Positions 19,215 to 31,255 of a stretch of 43,238 bases of DNA are shown here, one piece after another (position 1 is the stretch's first letter; every line of letters begins with the position of its first letter). Both the position numbers and the translations under genes were made by a program. The stretch lies in the sequence record DRR723986_6891; one strand, given 5' to 3'. A model generated the notes under the pieces. It was given only the letters and a program-made list of their open reading frames with translations. It had not been told where the DNA came from and did not search any database.

Positions 19215-22200
19215 TTCGGCTCGCTGAACCCGAGGTCCCGCTCCTCATCGGTCAGACCCGCCGCGCCATCGTTCTCCGGGCTGACCGCTGCGGCGCTGTT
19301 ATCAAAGATGCGATCGAAGACCACTTCCGGATCGTCCAGCGGGCCGGTCACCCGGTAAACGCCGCTGGAAAAGCGGTCCATCTGATTCTCGAAGACCTTG
19401 CTGACCACGAAGACCCCGGCAGCCACGGGTAATCCCGCCGCCAGCGCTGCCACCCAGGGCAGGTTGTTGGCCACCGGCAGGGTGACCACCAATTCGCCGT
19501 TTATGGTAGATGCCTCAAGATCGGTGAGACCGCTGAACTGGAACTCGCTACCCGACCCGCGCACATCCATCTCACTCACCTCCAGGGTCCCGCCATGGAA
19601 GTGCGCCTGGCTGCGCAGGCGCTCAAAGGGAATGCCGGACTCAAACATCTGGGTCAGCGAGAGCCGGCGCACGATGTCTGCAAGATTAAGGATCGACACC
19701 ACGCGCAGCGCACCGGTGGTGCCGGCAGGCGCTTCCAGAAAGCGTCCCTCGTTGGTCTCCAGACGGAGAGCCCCCTGCAGGGCGGTCATGGCAAAGGCCT
19801 GGGGGCCGCCTGGCCAGCTGAAATTGATATGAGCGAGCCCGCCCTCGGTTTCCAGGGTCCGCTCGTAACCCAACTGCTCCAGGGTCAGCCCCAGGTCAGC
19901 AAAGGTCAATACGGTTTCCAGCCGCGTCTGCTGCACGTCGGCGCCCTGGTCCCAGCGCAACTGCCCCGGTTGTTCGGGTGACATCTGCAGGCCGGCAATT
20001 GTGCCGGCTATGTTGTCGACCAGCAGTTCCGCGCCCTCGGTTCGCAGGCCAAAACCCAGGTCGCCGAGTTCGCGGCCCTTGTTGCGCAGCTGGGCGATGC
20101 GGACTTCCAGGGTGGGCAAGGACAGCGGCTCAGCGCCCCCCTCGGCGGGCAACTCAAGCCGGTCGAGGCCCGCAAGATCGACATAGTCGATCAGCAATTG
20201 CCCGGAATCACCCCCGGGGGCCAGCGCCAGATGACCCTTGAGCCAGTCAGTCTGCGCTCCCACGCGCAGACCGGCTTCCTCCAATGCCAGGCTGAAGACG
20301 ACATCATCGAACGACTGCCCCCAGAGCAGCAGACGGTCAGTTCGCAATTGCTCCACCGAGACCCTGAACGTCGCCCCGGTGATGGCAGGGGTCTCCGCCG
20401 AACCATTGGGATCAGGCACGCCCGACGCCGCTGCCATCGAGCTCGCCTGCGCGGAATCATCCAGCAGCCAGGTCGTCACAAAGCGCTGCCACTCTTCAAC
20501 ATCCACCAGCGCGGTATGGCCGGTCACCCGCAGCCGATTGGGCACCAGGGCCGGCGCAACCGGTGCCGGCGCAGCCTGCTCCGGCAGGCGTTGCTCGAGC
20601 ACCGGCTGGTTCGGGTCAACCGGCACAGGCGGCGGCAGGAACAACAGGCTCCCGGCGCGCAGGCTGCCGGCGGAAACGTCCAGGGTCAGGGCAAGCGCAT
20701 CATCCACCTGCAGTTCCAGCAGCTGGGATTCTCCGCCCAGTGGCATGGCCAGTTGCAGGGGCAACGCCGTTCCCGCGGATTTGGCCCAGGGTGAGGGCAG
20801 GTCCAGCGAGACATCGAGCAATGTGGAGCCAGCCGTCAGCCGCGGCATGCTGTTGCCGTCGATGACGATCCGGAGCTCCACCGGCGCGCGCCCCTCGGCA
20901 AAACCCAGGGCATCCAGCCCCAACCACTGGCGAAGATCCGCCATCGCAACCGGAGCCGATGCCAGGATCTCCAACTCCCCGGCATCACCGGACCCAGCGC
21001 CGTTGTCGGTCGGGTCCCCGGTGGATGCCGGGGCAGCCTGGCGCAAACTCAGCTGCAGGTTCTCGCCCCACAAGGAACCTTGCAGGTCTCGTGAACTAAA
21101 ACCTTCGCCGGTGCGGTAATCCAGCGCTCCGCTGATTGCGTCAACCGCCAGCGCGCCGGGTTCTATGCGCAGGTCGACCGCCTCCAGCCGCGTGCGCACC
21201 ACCACCTCCGGCGGCGCTGCGGCGCGATTGAGGTTCAAGCCCAGCTTGAGTTCGGTGGTGAGCGGACCGGCCAGCTGCCAGCGTGAGAAGGCACTGCCCA
21301 CCAGGGCATCCAGCGGTGATTCATTAACCACCCGCAGGGCATCGCCGGCGTCTCCCTGTACGCTCGCTGCCACTGCAAGCTGCATCTCGCCTGCCGCATC
21401 CATCCAGGCCTCTGCCCGCACCTGTTGCACTGCGGAGTCGAACAACCGGGCCCTATCCGACCACACACTCACGTTTGTGTCGTCAATCAGGACAATGCCC
21501 TCCAGCTCGGTAATCGGCGGCCAGCGCGGGTCGTAGTTCAGTGTGGTATCGGCAATGTTGAAGGCGAGCTGGACCGTGCGATAGGGCGCGCCATCGCTGT
21601 TCAGGCTGCCACGCCACAGGAAAGCGCCCTGCTCAACCTGACCGTCGCCGATGCTGTTCTGCAACCAGTCCAGCAAGCCCTCATCCAGCGTGTAGGGGAG
21701 GTACTTGACTCGGTGCACCGGTCGGGCATCCTGCAGCCCGACCAACAGGTCCATCTCGATACCCTCCGGGGTGGCGTCGAAGGGTACCCGCAGGCCAAAC
21801 AGGGCCCGCGCCGTGCCCTCCTCTCCCACTGCAGTGACCGCACCACTGCCCAGCTGCAGCGCTTCGGCATCCCAGTCGATGCTGATCGTGCCGAAGAAAT
21901 CCTCATAGAACAGCGGCTCCCGGTAGACTGACGGGAAGGCCATCGCGAACTGCCGCGCGTCCAGGGTGACGAACCCACCACCTGGAGCGAGTTCCACGTA
22001 ACCCGCAGCGGACCGGACTCCCGGTGCGCCGCGCCAGGATTCCACTGCAACCCCGGAAAAATTGGCCTCCAGCTGCCAGCTGTCCAGCGCATCTGCCAGG
22101 TCTTCGATCGTAAACTGCAAGGCCTCGACCCGCCCGCGCGGACGCAGCACGCGAAACACCTCCGCAAGCCCCTCCGGAGTCCCCTCCAGCCCGGTGAGCA

Positions 22201-23254
22201 CCGTATTCAGCGGCTCAAGGTCGACATCGGTGGAGCGCAGGCGCAGGGAATCGCCCCAGAGATCAAGCTGCAGGCGCGGCAGGACCAGGGTAGTGCCATC
22301 CTTGCGCAGGCGAACATCCTCGGCGTACAGGGTATAGAGATTGCGCTCTTCTGCCAGGGTCACTGCCAGGGACAGGGCCTCGAGAGGAAGCTCCCAGGCG
22401 GGGTCCGGCCCGCTTGGCCGGACCTGCAGCTCCCCCGCCTCCAGCGCGACTTCAACGGTGGGGGTGCCGGATGCCCAGGAAACCCAGACTTCCAGCCCGA
22501 CATCACCTTCCGCCTCCAGCGGCAGTTCCTCGGGCAGGAAGTTGCTGACCGAGGCCAGCGAGGCAAAGTCGATATCCAGGTACAGCTCGCCGTTGTAGCT
22601 GTCGAGGTCGAAAGGATTGCCCAGACCCCGCGCCTGGGCGCGGATGCTGGTGCCGGTATCCGAGGTCAACTGGGCGCTGAGCAGACGACGGCTGCCCTCG
22701 CGCTCAAGCAGCAGGTCCAGAGACAGCTCGCGTTGCTGCCCACCGGGCAAGGCCAGGGATAGCTGGTTGTCCGCCAGTTCCAGGCGGCGGACGGTGCGCA
22801 GGAACTGTTCGAACCAGTCGCGAAAATCGCCGCCACCGCCGCCAAATCCGGCAATGGTGAGTTCGCCGTCCTCGTCGAGCTGGCCCTGCAGCTCCAGACC
22901 CTCCAGGCGCAGGCGACTGCCCTGCAGCTGGCGGGTGATTACCGTTTCCCAGGGATCCACCGCGAGGCGGCCCTGGTCAAGGTGAATGGGGGGAATAGCC
23001 TGGCCGGGGAAACTGAGCCGCAGCCCGCTAAGCACCAGCTCCGGGGTGAACGCCTGCCACTCGCCGGCGACCCGCTCCGCTTCAATGACGAAGGGTACGC
23101 GCTGGTTGAGCTGATCGATGATCAGGCCCTGGTAGCTGCCGATATTGCCCATCAGGTAGCGGCCCATGCTGACATACATGGCCAGCAGGACGATCAGCAA
23201 TACCGCGCCCGCCCACAGGACGCGACTCAGTTTATGGAATACCGAATTAGCCAA
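19187..23254 (-). CDS. yhdP: YhdP AsmA-like phospholipid transport protein
   Basis: 1355 aa; N-terminal TM anchor, beta-rich body, C-terminal WPGGP, VTLPVANNLPW and YRVTGPLDDPEV; downstream of rng. Confidence 0.9.
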   Translation of the reverse strand: MANSVFHKLSRVLWAGAVLLIVLLAMYVSMGRYLMGNIGSYQGLIIDQLNQRVPFVIEAERVAGEWQAFTPELVLSGLRLSFPGQAIPPIHLDQGRLAVDPWETVITRQLQGSRLRLEGLELQGQLDEDGELTIAGFGGGGGDFRDWFEQFLRTVRRLELADNQLSLALPGGQQRELSLDLLLEREGSRRLLSAQLTSDTGTSIRAQARGLGNPFDLDSYNGELYLDIDFASLASVSNFLPEELPLEAEGDVGLEVWVSWASGTPTVEVALEAGELQVRPSGPDPAWELPLEALSLAVTLAEERNLYTLYAEDVRLRKDGTTLVLPRLQLDLWGDSLRLRSTDVDLEPLNTVLTGLEGTPEGLAEVFRVLRPRGRVEALQFTIEDLADALDSWQLEANFSGVAVESWRGAPGVRSAAGYVELAPGGGFVTLDARQFAMAFPSVYREPLFYEDFFGTISIDWDAEALQLGSGAVTAVGEEGTARALFGLRVPFDATPEGIEMDLLVGLQDARPVHRVKYLPYTLDEGLLDWLQNSIGDGQVEQGAFLWRGSLNSDGAPYRTVQLAFNIADTTLNYDPRWPPITELEGIVLIDDTNVSVWSDRARLFDSAVQQVRAEAWMDAAGEMQLAVAASVQGDAGDALRVVNESPLDALVGSAFSRWQLAGPLTTELKLGLNLNRAAAPPEVVVRTRLEAVDLRIEPGALAVDAISGALDYRTGEGFSSRDLQGSLWGENLQLSLRQAAPASTGDPTDNGAGSGDAGELEILASAPVAMADLRQWLGLDALGFAEGRAPVELRIVIDGNSMPRLTAGSTLLDVSLDLPSPWAKSAGTALPLQLAMPLGGESQLLELQVDDALALTLDVSAGSLRAGSLLFLPPPVPVDPNQPVLEQRLPEQAAPAPVAPALVPNRLRVTGHTALVDVEEWQRFVTTWLLDDSAQASSMAAASGVPDPNGSAETPAITGATFRVSVEQLRTDRLLLWGQSFDDVVFSLALEEAGLRVGAQTDWLKGHLALAPGGDSGQLLIDYVDLAGLDRLELPAEGGAEPLSLPTLEVRIAQLRNKGRELGDLGFGLRTEGAELLVDNIAGTIAGLQMSPEQPGQLRWDQGADVQQTRLETVLTFADLGLTLEQLGYERTLETEGGLAHINFSWPGGPQAFAMTALQGALRLETNEGRFLEAPAGTTGALRVVSILNLADIVRRLSLTQMFESGIPFERLRSQAHFHGGTLEVSEMDVRGSGSEFQFSGLTDLEASTINGELVVTLPVANNLPWVAALAAGLPVAAGVFVVSKVFENQMDRFSSGVYRVTGPLDDPEVVFDRIFDNSAAAVSPENDGAAGLTDEERDLGFSEPNQPASPPSP

Positions 23255-23300
23255 ACCGTTTCTCTAGTCCAGGCCCGGGCGCCGAGCCGCCACCCGACCG

Positions 23301-24758
23301 TCAGAGCAGCACAATATCGAAGTGTTCCTGACTGTAACCGGGCTCCACCCGGAAACTGATGGCCTTGCCGATAAACTCCTCGAGATCCGCCACATTGGCC
23401 GACTCCTCGTCCAATAGTCGATCGACTACGCCCTGGGCAGCCAGCACCAGCAGGTTATCATTTTCATAGGCCCGGGCGTCGCGCAGAATCTCGCGAAAAA
23501 TTTCATAGCACACGGTCTCTGCGGTCTTCAGTACACCGCGACCGTCGCACACCGGGCAGTCCTCGCACAGTACCTGCTCCAGGCTCTCCCGGGTACGCTT
23601 GCGGGTCATTTCCACCAGACCGAGGTCGGATATCCCGGTAATCTTGTTGCGTGATGGATCGCGCAACATGGCCTTCTCCAGCGCTCGGTGCACCTGGCGC
23701 CGGTGCTCGGGGTCCTGCATATCAATGAAATCAACAATGATGATGCCGCCCAGATTACGCAGGCGCAGCTGCCGGGCCAGGGTCGAGGCCGCCTCCAGGT
23801 TGGTCTTGAAAATGGTTTCTTCCTGGGTCCTGCGACCGACGTAGGAGCCAGTGTTCACATCGATGGTGGTCATCGCCTCGGTCTGGTCTATCACCAGATA
23901 ACCGCCGGATTTCAGCTCCACCTTGCGATCGAGGGCCCGGCGGATTTCTTCCTCGATTCCGTGAAGGTCAAACAGGGGCCGCTCCCCGGGGTAGTGCTCC
24001 AGCAGGTCGACAATCTCCGGCACGTAGTCCTGGCAGAAGCTCGCCAGGGCAGTGAAGCTTTCCTTGCTGTCGATGCGAATCCGCTCCACCCCCGGACGGG
24101 CAAGGTCGCGCACCGTGCGCAGGTGCAACGGCAGGTCCTCGTACAGTAACTCGCAGCCGGTGGCGGCCTTCGCCCGGCGCAGTACCGCCGCCCACAGGCG
24201 ACGCAGGAAACGCAGGTCTGCCGCCAGCTCCTCCAGCCCGGCACCCTCGGCGGCGGTACGCAGGATATAGCCGCCCTGCTGTTCGCCCTCCTCCTTGGCG
24301 AAGGCCTCGGCGAGCAAGCGCTGCAAGCGTTCACGCTCCTCCGGGTCATCAATGCGTTGGGAAATGCCAACGTGGTTACCATCGGGCATATAGACCAGGT
24401 AGCGGGAGGACACCGACAGCTGGGTGGTTAGCCGGGCTCCCTTGCTGCCCAGAGGGTCCTTGGTGACCTGGGCAATGATCTTCTTGCCCTCGTGCAGGTG
24501 CTCCCTGATGGTCTCGCCCGCGCCGCTGTCGCTGCTGACAATATCGGATACGTGGATGAAGGCGTTGCGCTCCGCGCCGATATCCACAAAGGCCGCCTGC
24601 ATCCCCGGCAGCACGCGCATCACCTTGCCCGCGTAGATATTGCCAACGATCCCGCGGCTGGCACTGCGCTCGATATAGATATCCTGGGTCGCGCCATTCT
24701 CGACCACCGCCACCCGGGTTTCCATCGGCGTCACATTGACCAGGATTTCCTCGCTCAC
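23301..24758 (-). CDS. rng: Ribonuclease G
   Basis: GNIYAGKVMRVLPGMQAAFVDIG (S1 domain), EAMTTIDVNTG and LRNLGGIIIVDFIDM; 485 aa with no RNase E tail. Confidence 0.96.
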   Translation of the reverse strand: MSEEILVNVTPMETRVAVVENGATQDIYIERSASRGIVGNIYAGKVMRVLPGMQAAFVDIGAERNAFIHVSDIVSSDSGAGETIREHLHEGKKIIAQVTKDPLGSKGARLTTQLSVSSRYLVYMPDGNHVGISQRIDDPEERERLQRLLAEAFAKEEGEQQGGYILRTAAEGAGLEELAADLRFLRRLWAAVLRRAKAATGCELLYEDLPLHLRTVRDLARPGVERIRIDSKESFTALASFCQDYVPEIVDLLEHYPGERPLFDLHGIEEEIRRALDRKVELKSGGYLVIDQTEAMTTIDVNTGSYVGRRTQEETIFKTNLEAASTLARQLRLRNLGGIIIVDFIDMQDPEHRRQVHRALEKAMLRDPSRNKITGISDLGLVEMTRKRTRESLEQVLCEDCPVCDGRGVLKTAETVCYEIFREILRDARAYENDNLLVLAAQGVVDRLLDEESANVADLEEFIGKAISFRVEPGYSQEHFDIVLL

Positions 24759-25366
24759 TGGCCATCCCCCGGATCACGATCGAGGAGAGTCACTATCCCG
24801 CGCGAGCGCAGCAGCTGCCAGGTTTCACTCAGGGGCAGGCCCACCACATTGCTGTAGCTGCCATCCATACGGCTGACCAATGCCCCGCCAAGGCCCTGGA
24901 TACCATAGCCGCCAGCCTTGTCCCAGGGCTCCTCGGTCGCGAGATAGGCCTCGCAGATCGCCCTGTCCAGGGTACTGAAGGTGACGCCGGTCTCCACCAG
25001 CACAAAGGACGGCTCCTGATCGGCATACAGGCAAACCCCGGTAATCACTTTGTGAGTACGTCCGCTCAGCCGGGCCAGCATGGCCAGGCCGTCGAAATGA
25101 TCCCGAGGCTTACCGAGGATATCGCCGTCGATCACCACCGAGGTGTCGGCCGCGAGTACCGGTGTATCCGCATCGGCATAAAACGCAGCGACCGCAGCCG
25201 CCTTCTCCCGCGCCATCCGCTCGACATAGGCCGGCGCCTGTTCGGCGGGCATCGGGGTCTCATCGATATCGGCAGCGTGGACACTGAATCGCACACCCAG
25301 TTGCGCCAGCAACTCGCGGCGGCGCGGGCTGCCCGACCCCAGGACCAGTTGTGCCTTGCTGCTCAC
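24755..25366 (-). CDS. maf: Maf/YhdE nucleoside-triphosphate pyrophosphatase
   Basis: LGSGSPRRRELL, IDET, AADTSV, LGKP, DKAGGYGIQG and NVVGLP. Confidence 0.95.
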   Translation of the reverse strand: MSSKAQLVLGSGSPRRRELLAQLGVRFSVHAADIDETPMPAEQAPAYVERMAREKAAAVAAFYADADTPVLAADTSVVIDGDILGKPRDHFDGLAMLARLSGRTHKVITGVCLYADQEPSFVLVETGVTFSTLDRAICEAYLATEEPWDKAGGYGIQGLGGALVSRMDGSYSNVVGLPLSETWQLLRSRGIVTLLDRDPGDGQ

Positions 25367-25367
25367 C

Positions 25368-25856
25368 TCAGGTCACCCGGTACTGCCGGCGCAGGCCGCG
25401 CAGGGTCTGCAGGACTACCGGCCACAGCAAAGCGCTGGTCAGCGCCGGCAACAGAAACGCCAGGCTGGTCGCCCCGGCACCCTCGAGGTTCTGCACCCAC
25501 TGGCAGATCAGCTGGTGGATGCCCACCAGGATAAAGACCACGCCGGACTGCTGCGACAGGCTGTAGACGCGCAGGCGCTGATACAGCAGCAGGGCCAGCA
25601 GGGTAATAAAAACCAGGGCAAAGGCATTCTGGCCGAGAACCGCGCCCTCGAGCACATCCATGCCAACGCCGGCGACCAGGGCGGTCAGGATGCCAACCCG
25701 GTGCGGCAGCGCGATCGCCCAGTAGATCATCGCCAGGGCGAGCCACTCCGGCCGCGCCCACAGCAACCAGGCAGGAAACGGCAGGATGGCAAGCACATAG
25801 GCCGCGGCAAAGCTGGCGAGAATCACCCAGTAGGCGTGGAGGCTGTCATCCGCCAT
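25368..25856 (-). CDS. mreD: Rod shape-determining protein MreD
   Basis: RPEWLALAMIYWAIALPHRVG and DVLEGAVLGQNA; hydrophobic; follows mreC. Confidence 0.95.
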   Translation of the reverse strand: MADDSLHAYWVILASFAAAYVLAILPFPAWLLWARPEWLALAMIYWAIALPHRVGILTALVAGVGMDVLEGAVLGQNAFALVFITLLALLLYQRLRVYSLSQQSGVVFILVGIHQLICQWVQNLEGAGATSLAFLLPALTSALLWPVVLQTLRGLRRQYRVT

Positions 25857-26713
25857 CAGTCACCTGCAGCGCTGGCATCTGCGTCTGCTTCTCCGCCGGC
25901 GCTGAATACCAGCAGGACATGGCGGCTGCGATCGAGGGCCGCAGTAGGCTGGGCATGGATGCGGGCAAAGGGCTGGCCGGGATCGCGCTCCACCGCACTG
26001 ACCCGGGCCACCGGGTAGCCCGGCGGGAAGCGGCCACCGAGCCCGGAACTGACCAGCAGGTCGCCCTCCCGAATGTCGGTGGTGGCAGCTACATGATGAA
26101 TCTCGAGCGCCGCCAGGGACCCAGTGCCCTCCGCGATGGCGCGCACGCCATTACGGTTAACCTGTACCGGGATGGAATGGGTTGCATCGGTGATCAGCAG
26201 CACCCGACTGATCAACTCACTGACTTCCACCACCTGTCCCATCAGGCCACCCGAATCGATTACCGGCTGTCCCAGGTAAACCCCGTCGCGCTGACCCTTG
26301 TCGATCACCACCTGGTGGCGCACCGGATCCGGAGACACCCCGATCAACTCGGCCACGCGGACGTCGTCCCGCAGCAGGGCGGTGGAATTCAGCAGTGCGC
26401 GCAGACGGGCATTATTGGCCTGCAGTGAGGCCATCTGCTGGGAACGCCCCTGCAGCACAAGGTTTTCCCGCCGCAGCCGGGCGTTATCTTCCTGCAGGTC
26501 GGAGCGGGAGCGAATATGGGTTTCGCCCCATTCCTCGACCCGGGTCGGGATATTGGCAACCCAGTAGACCGGGGCCAGTGCGAAGTCGATCAACGAACGT
26601 GAATAGTCGAGGCTGTTCAGGCGCAGATCAGCAATGATCAGGGCCACGACAACCAGCGACGCCAGCACGAGGCGCGACCCGAGGTGGGATTCCTTGACGA
26701 ACAGCGGTTTGAT
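25856..26713 (-). CDS. mreC: Rod shape-determining protein MreC (probable ATC start)
   Basis: Coiled coil, then IDKGQRDGV, GLMGQV, LLITDATHSIPVQVNRNG and SSGLGGRFPPGYPV. The homologue-like N-terminus (M)KPLF begins at ATC 26713; the first canonical start is GTG 26668. Confidence 0.95.
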   Translation of the reverse strand: MKPLFVKESHLGSRLVLASLVVVALIIADLRLNSLDYSRSLIDFALAPVYWVANIPTRVEEWGETHIRSRSDLQEDNARLRRENLVLQGRSQQMASLQANNARLRALLNSTALLRDDVRVAELIGVSPDPVRHQVVIDKGQRDGVYLGQPVIDSGGLMGQVVEVSELISRVLLITDATHSIPVQVNRNGVRAIAEGTGSLAALEIHHVAATTDIREGDLLVSSGLGGRFPPGYPVARVSAVERDPGQPFARIHAQPTAALDRSRHVLLVFSAGGEADADASAAGD

Positions 26714-26753
26714 GGCAGCTCCCGCTTATCTGGCCGACATCGTCGGCCAGCCT

Positions 26754-27800
<1,047 letters not shown>

Positions 27801-28027
27801 CTACCTTTCGAATACAGGGAGCTCCCCGAAACGGGATCTCTGGAGGTAAATTCAGGAGCCGCCGACGGGTTTTGAATAACCGCGAGCATGGGCGGCGTTC
27901 TCATTATTATTTACCCTCGGGGCGTTCGAGCAACTGTATCAATCGCGGGGATTTTGGGCAAGGCGCAAATGTGTTAACTTTACGCCCCCGTCGCAGCCGC
28001 GACGCGATTTTCCCCGGTATTTGGCAG

Positions 28028-28315
28028 ATGTCGATAGCACAGGACGAAATAGAGAAGATTGCCGCCCTGGCGCGCATCCGCATCGATGATGCGCAAATGG
28101 CCGAGGTCACGGACCGCATTAGCCGGATCCTGGATCTCGTTGACCAGTTGCAGGCGGTCGATACCACCGGGGTCGAGCCGATGGCGAACCCGCACGACGC
28201 AAGCCAGCGCCTGCGCCCGGACGAAGTCACCGAGGGCGACCAGCGAGCGGCCTTCCAGGCGATCGCGCCGGCCGTTGAAGATGGCCTGTACCTGGTTCCC
28301 CGGGTCGTCGAGTAA
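28028..28315 (+). CDS. gatC: Asp/Glu-tRNA amidotransferase subunit C
   Basis: IEKIAALARI...VDTTGVEPMANP...LRPDEV...LYLVPRVVE; start at ATG 28028. Confidence 0.95.
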   Translation: MSIAQDEIEKIAALARIRIDDAQMAEVTDRISRILDLVDQLQAVDTTGVEPMANPHDASQRLRPDEVTEGDQRAAFQAIAPAVEDGLYLVPRVVE

Positions 28316-28333
28316 ACCCCCAGGATTCACGTT

Positions 28334-29797
28334 ATGCACCAACACACGGTCGCCGGGCTGATTCGCGGGCTGCGGGCGGGAGACTTTTCGAGCGTGGAGC
28401 TCACCAGCGACTTGCTGGCACGCATCCGCCGCACGGACCCGCTGCTCAACTGCTACATCACGGTTGACGAGGACGCGGCCCTGGCCAGTGCGGCTGCCGC
28501 CGATCAACGGCTGGCGGCCGGTGACGCGCCGCTGCTCACCGGCGTGCCCATCGCCCACAAGGATATCTTCTGCACCCGCGGCGTTCGCACGTCCTGCGGG
28601 TCCCGCATGCTGGACAACTTCGTCCCGCCCTACGATGCCACCTTGATCGAACGCTTCAACGCCGCCGGCGCGGTGATGCTGGGCAAGACGAACATGGATG
28701 AATTCGCCATGGGCTCGTCAAACGAGAGCAGTTTCTACGGACCCGTGCGCAACCCCTGGGATACCACGCGCGTTCCGGGCGGCTCTTCCGGTGGCTCAGC
28801 GGCTGCCGTGGCCGCCGGACTGGCGCCCGCCGCCACCGGCACCGACACCGGCGGCTCAATTCGCCAGCCCGCCGCGCTCTGTGGCATTACCGGCCTGAAA
28901 CCGACCTACGGCCGCGTGTCCCGCCTGGGCATGATCGCCTTCGCCTCAAGTCTCGACCAGGCCGGCCCGATGGCGCAGAGCGCCGAGGACTGCGCCATCC
29001 TGCTCAACACCATGGCAGGGCACGATCCACGCGACTCGACCTCTTCCGAAGAACCGGTGGCCGATTACACCGCGAACCTCGACCAACCCCTGGCCGGACT
29101 GAGGATCGGTCTGCCGGAAGAATACTTCGGGCCCGGCCTGGATGCGGCTACCGGCGAGGTCGTGCGCAACGCCCTGGCAGAGCTCGAATCGCTGGGAGCG
29201 ACCCTGGTCAGCGTGTCCCTGCCGACCACGGAGCTCAGCATCCCCACCTATTACATCGTCGCCCCGGCGGAAGCCTCGACCAACCTGTCACGCTTTGACG
29301 GCGTGCGCTATGGCCACCGCTGCGCAGACCCCACGGACCTGTATGACCTGTACACCCGCACCCGGGAAGAGGGCTTCGGCGACGAGGTCAAGCGGCGCAT
29401 CCTGGTCGGGACCTATGCCCTGTCGGCCGGTTACTACGATGCCTATTACAAGAAGGCCCAGCAGGTCAGGCGCATTATTCGCGATGATTTCATGGCCCGC
29501 TTTGCGGAGGTCGACATTATTGCCGGCCCCACGACTCCCGGACCCGCCTTTGGCCTGGGCGAGAAATCCGACGACCCGGTGGCCATGTACCTCGAAGATG
29601 CCTACACCCTGGCGGTTAACCTCGCCGGGCTGCCGGGCATGAGTATCCCCGCCGGCTTCGTGAACGGCTGCCCCGTGGGTCTGCAGCTCATCGGTCGCCA
29701 CTTCGACGAGGCGCGCCTGCTCAATGTGGCGCACCAGTTCCAGCAGCAGACAGACTGGCATCAGCGCCGCCCGGAAACCCCGGTGGAGGCCAACTGA
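28334..29797 (+). CDS. gatA: Asp/Glu-tRNA amidotransferase subunit A
   Basis: Amidase signature [36 protein letters not shown], plus RFDGVRYG. Confidence 0.98.
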   Translation: MHQHTVAGLIRGLRAGDFSSVELTSDLLARIRRTDPLLNCYITVDEDAALASAAAADQRLAAGDAPLLTGVPIAHKDIFCTRGVRTSCGSRMLDNFVPPYDATLIERFNAAGAVMLGKTNMDEFAMGSSNESSFYGPVRNPWDTTRVPGGSSGGSAAAVAAGLAPAATGTDTGGSIRQPAALCGITGLKPTYGRVSRLGMIAFASSLDQAGPMAQSAEDCAILLNTMAGHDPRDSTSSEEPVADYTANLDQPLAGLRIGLPEEYFGPGLDAATGEVVRNALAELESLGATLVSVSLPTTELSIPTYYIVAPAEASTNLSRFDGVRYGHRCADPTDLYDLYTRTREEGFGDEVKRRILVGTYALSAGYYDAYYKKAQQVRRIIRDDFMARFAEVDIIAGPTTPGPAFGLGEKSDDPVAMYLEDAYTLAVNLAGLPGMSIPAGFVNGCPVGLQLIGRHFDEARLLNVAHQFQQQTDWHQRRPETPVEAN

Positions 29798-31239
29798 TGT
29801 CCTGGGAAACCGTTATCGGCCTGGAAGTTCACCTGCAGCTGGCGACCCGCTCGAAGATATTTTCCGGCAGCTCGACAACCTTCGGCGCCGAGCCCAATAC
29901 CCAGGCCAGCGCGGTAGACCTGGCCATGCCCGGCATGCTGCCGGTGCTTAATGAGCAGGCGGTGCGCTTCGCAGTAATGTTCGGCCTGGGTATCGGCGCG
30001 GAGATCGGCCGCCGCTCGGTGTTCGATCGCAAGAACTATTTCTACCCCGACCTGCCCAAGGGCTACCAGATCAGCCAGTTCCAGCATCCCATCGTGGGCC
30101 GCGGCAGCTTCGACATTCCCCTGTCCGACGGCACGACCCACACCATTGGCATCACCCGTGCGCACCTTGAAGAAGACGCGGGCAAATCACTGCACGAGGA
30201 CTTCCACGGCCAGACCGGCATTGACCTCAACCGGGCCGGCACCCCCTTGCTGGAGATCGTCACCGAGCCCGACTTCCGCACCGCGGAACAGGCGGTAGCC
30301 TACCTGAAGGCCCTGCACAGCCTGGTTACCTATCTCGGTATCTCCGACGGCAACATGGCCGAAGGCTCAATGCGCTGCGATATCAATATCTCGCTGCGCC
30401 CGGCGGGCAGCACCGAGTTGGGCACCCGCACCGAGATCAAGAACGTCAACTCGTTCCGCTTCGTCGAACGCGCGATCCGCCACGAGGTCGAACGGCAGGC
30501 GGACATCCTCGACGACGGCGGCAGCATTCTCCAGGAGACCCGCCTGTACGATGCCGACCGGGACGAGACCCGCTCCATGCGCAGTAAGGAGGTGGCCAAT
30601 GATTACCGCTACTTCCCGGAGCCGGACCTGTTACCGGTAGTCATCGATGAGGCCTACATCCAGGCGCTGCGTGACAGCCTGCCGGAGCTTCCGGTAGAGA
30701 AACGCGCTCGCTTCGTGGCGCAGTATGAGCTGGGCAGCTACGACGCGGCGGTGCTCTCCGACAGCCGCGAGCTGGCGGACTACTTCGAGGCAGTGGCAGC
30801 GTCCTGCGACGACGCCAAGATCGCCGCCAACTGGGTCCAGGGCGAACTGCTCGGCCAGCTCAACCGCAGCGAGACGGGTCTGGCGGACAGCCCGGTTTCA
30901 GCGCAGCAGCTGGGCGGGCTGATCCGGCGCATCAAGGACGGCACCATCTCCGGCAAGATCGCCAAGGAAGTGTTCGAGGCGATGTGGCAGGGAGCGGGCG
31001 ATGCGGATACCGTTATCGAGGATCGCGGCCTCAAGCAGGTGAGCGATACCGGCGAACTGGAGGCCATGGTCGACCAGGTGATCGCCGACAGTCCCGACCA
31101 GGTTGCCCAGTACCAGGCAGCCGAACCGGATAAACGCAAAAAGCTGATCGGCTACTTTGTCGGCCAGGTAATGAAACTCTCACGTGGTCAGGCCAACCCG
31201 CAGATGGTGAACACCCTGCTGGCCGACAAGCTGGACTGA
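29797..31239 (+). CDS. gatB: Asp/Glu-tRNA amidotransferase subunit B
   Basis: [35 protein letters not shown] and YRYFPEPDL. Confidence 0.98.
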   Translation: MSWETVIGLEVHLQLATRSKIFSGSSTTFGAEPNTQASAVDLAMPGMLPVLNEQAVRFAVMFGLGIGAEIGRRSVFDRKNYFYPDLPKGYQISQFQHPIVGRGSFDIPLSDGTTHTIGITRAHLEEDAGKSLHEDFHGQTGIDLNRAGTPLLEIVTEPDFRTAEQAVAYLKALHSLVTYLGISDGNMAEGSMRCDINISLRPAGSTELGTRTEIKNVNSFRFVERAIRHEVERQADILDDGGSILQETRLYDADRDETRSMRSKEVANDYRYFPEPDLLPVVIDEAYIQALRDSLPELPVEKRARFVAQYELGSYDAAVLSDSRELADYFEAVAASCDDAKIAANWVQGELLGQLNRSETGLADSPVSAQQLGGLIRRIKDGTISGKIAKEVFEAMWQGAGDADTVIEDRGLKQVSDTGELEAMVDQVIADSPDQVAQYQAAEPDKRKKLIGYFVGQVMKLSRGQANPQMVNTLLADKLD

Positions 31240-31255
31240 GGCGAGGAACGCGAGC

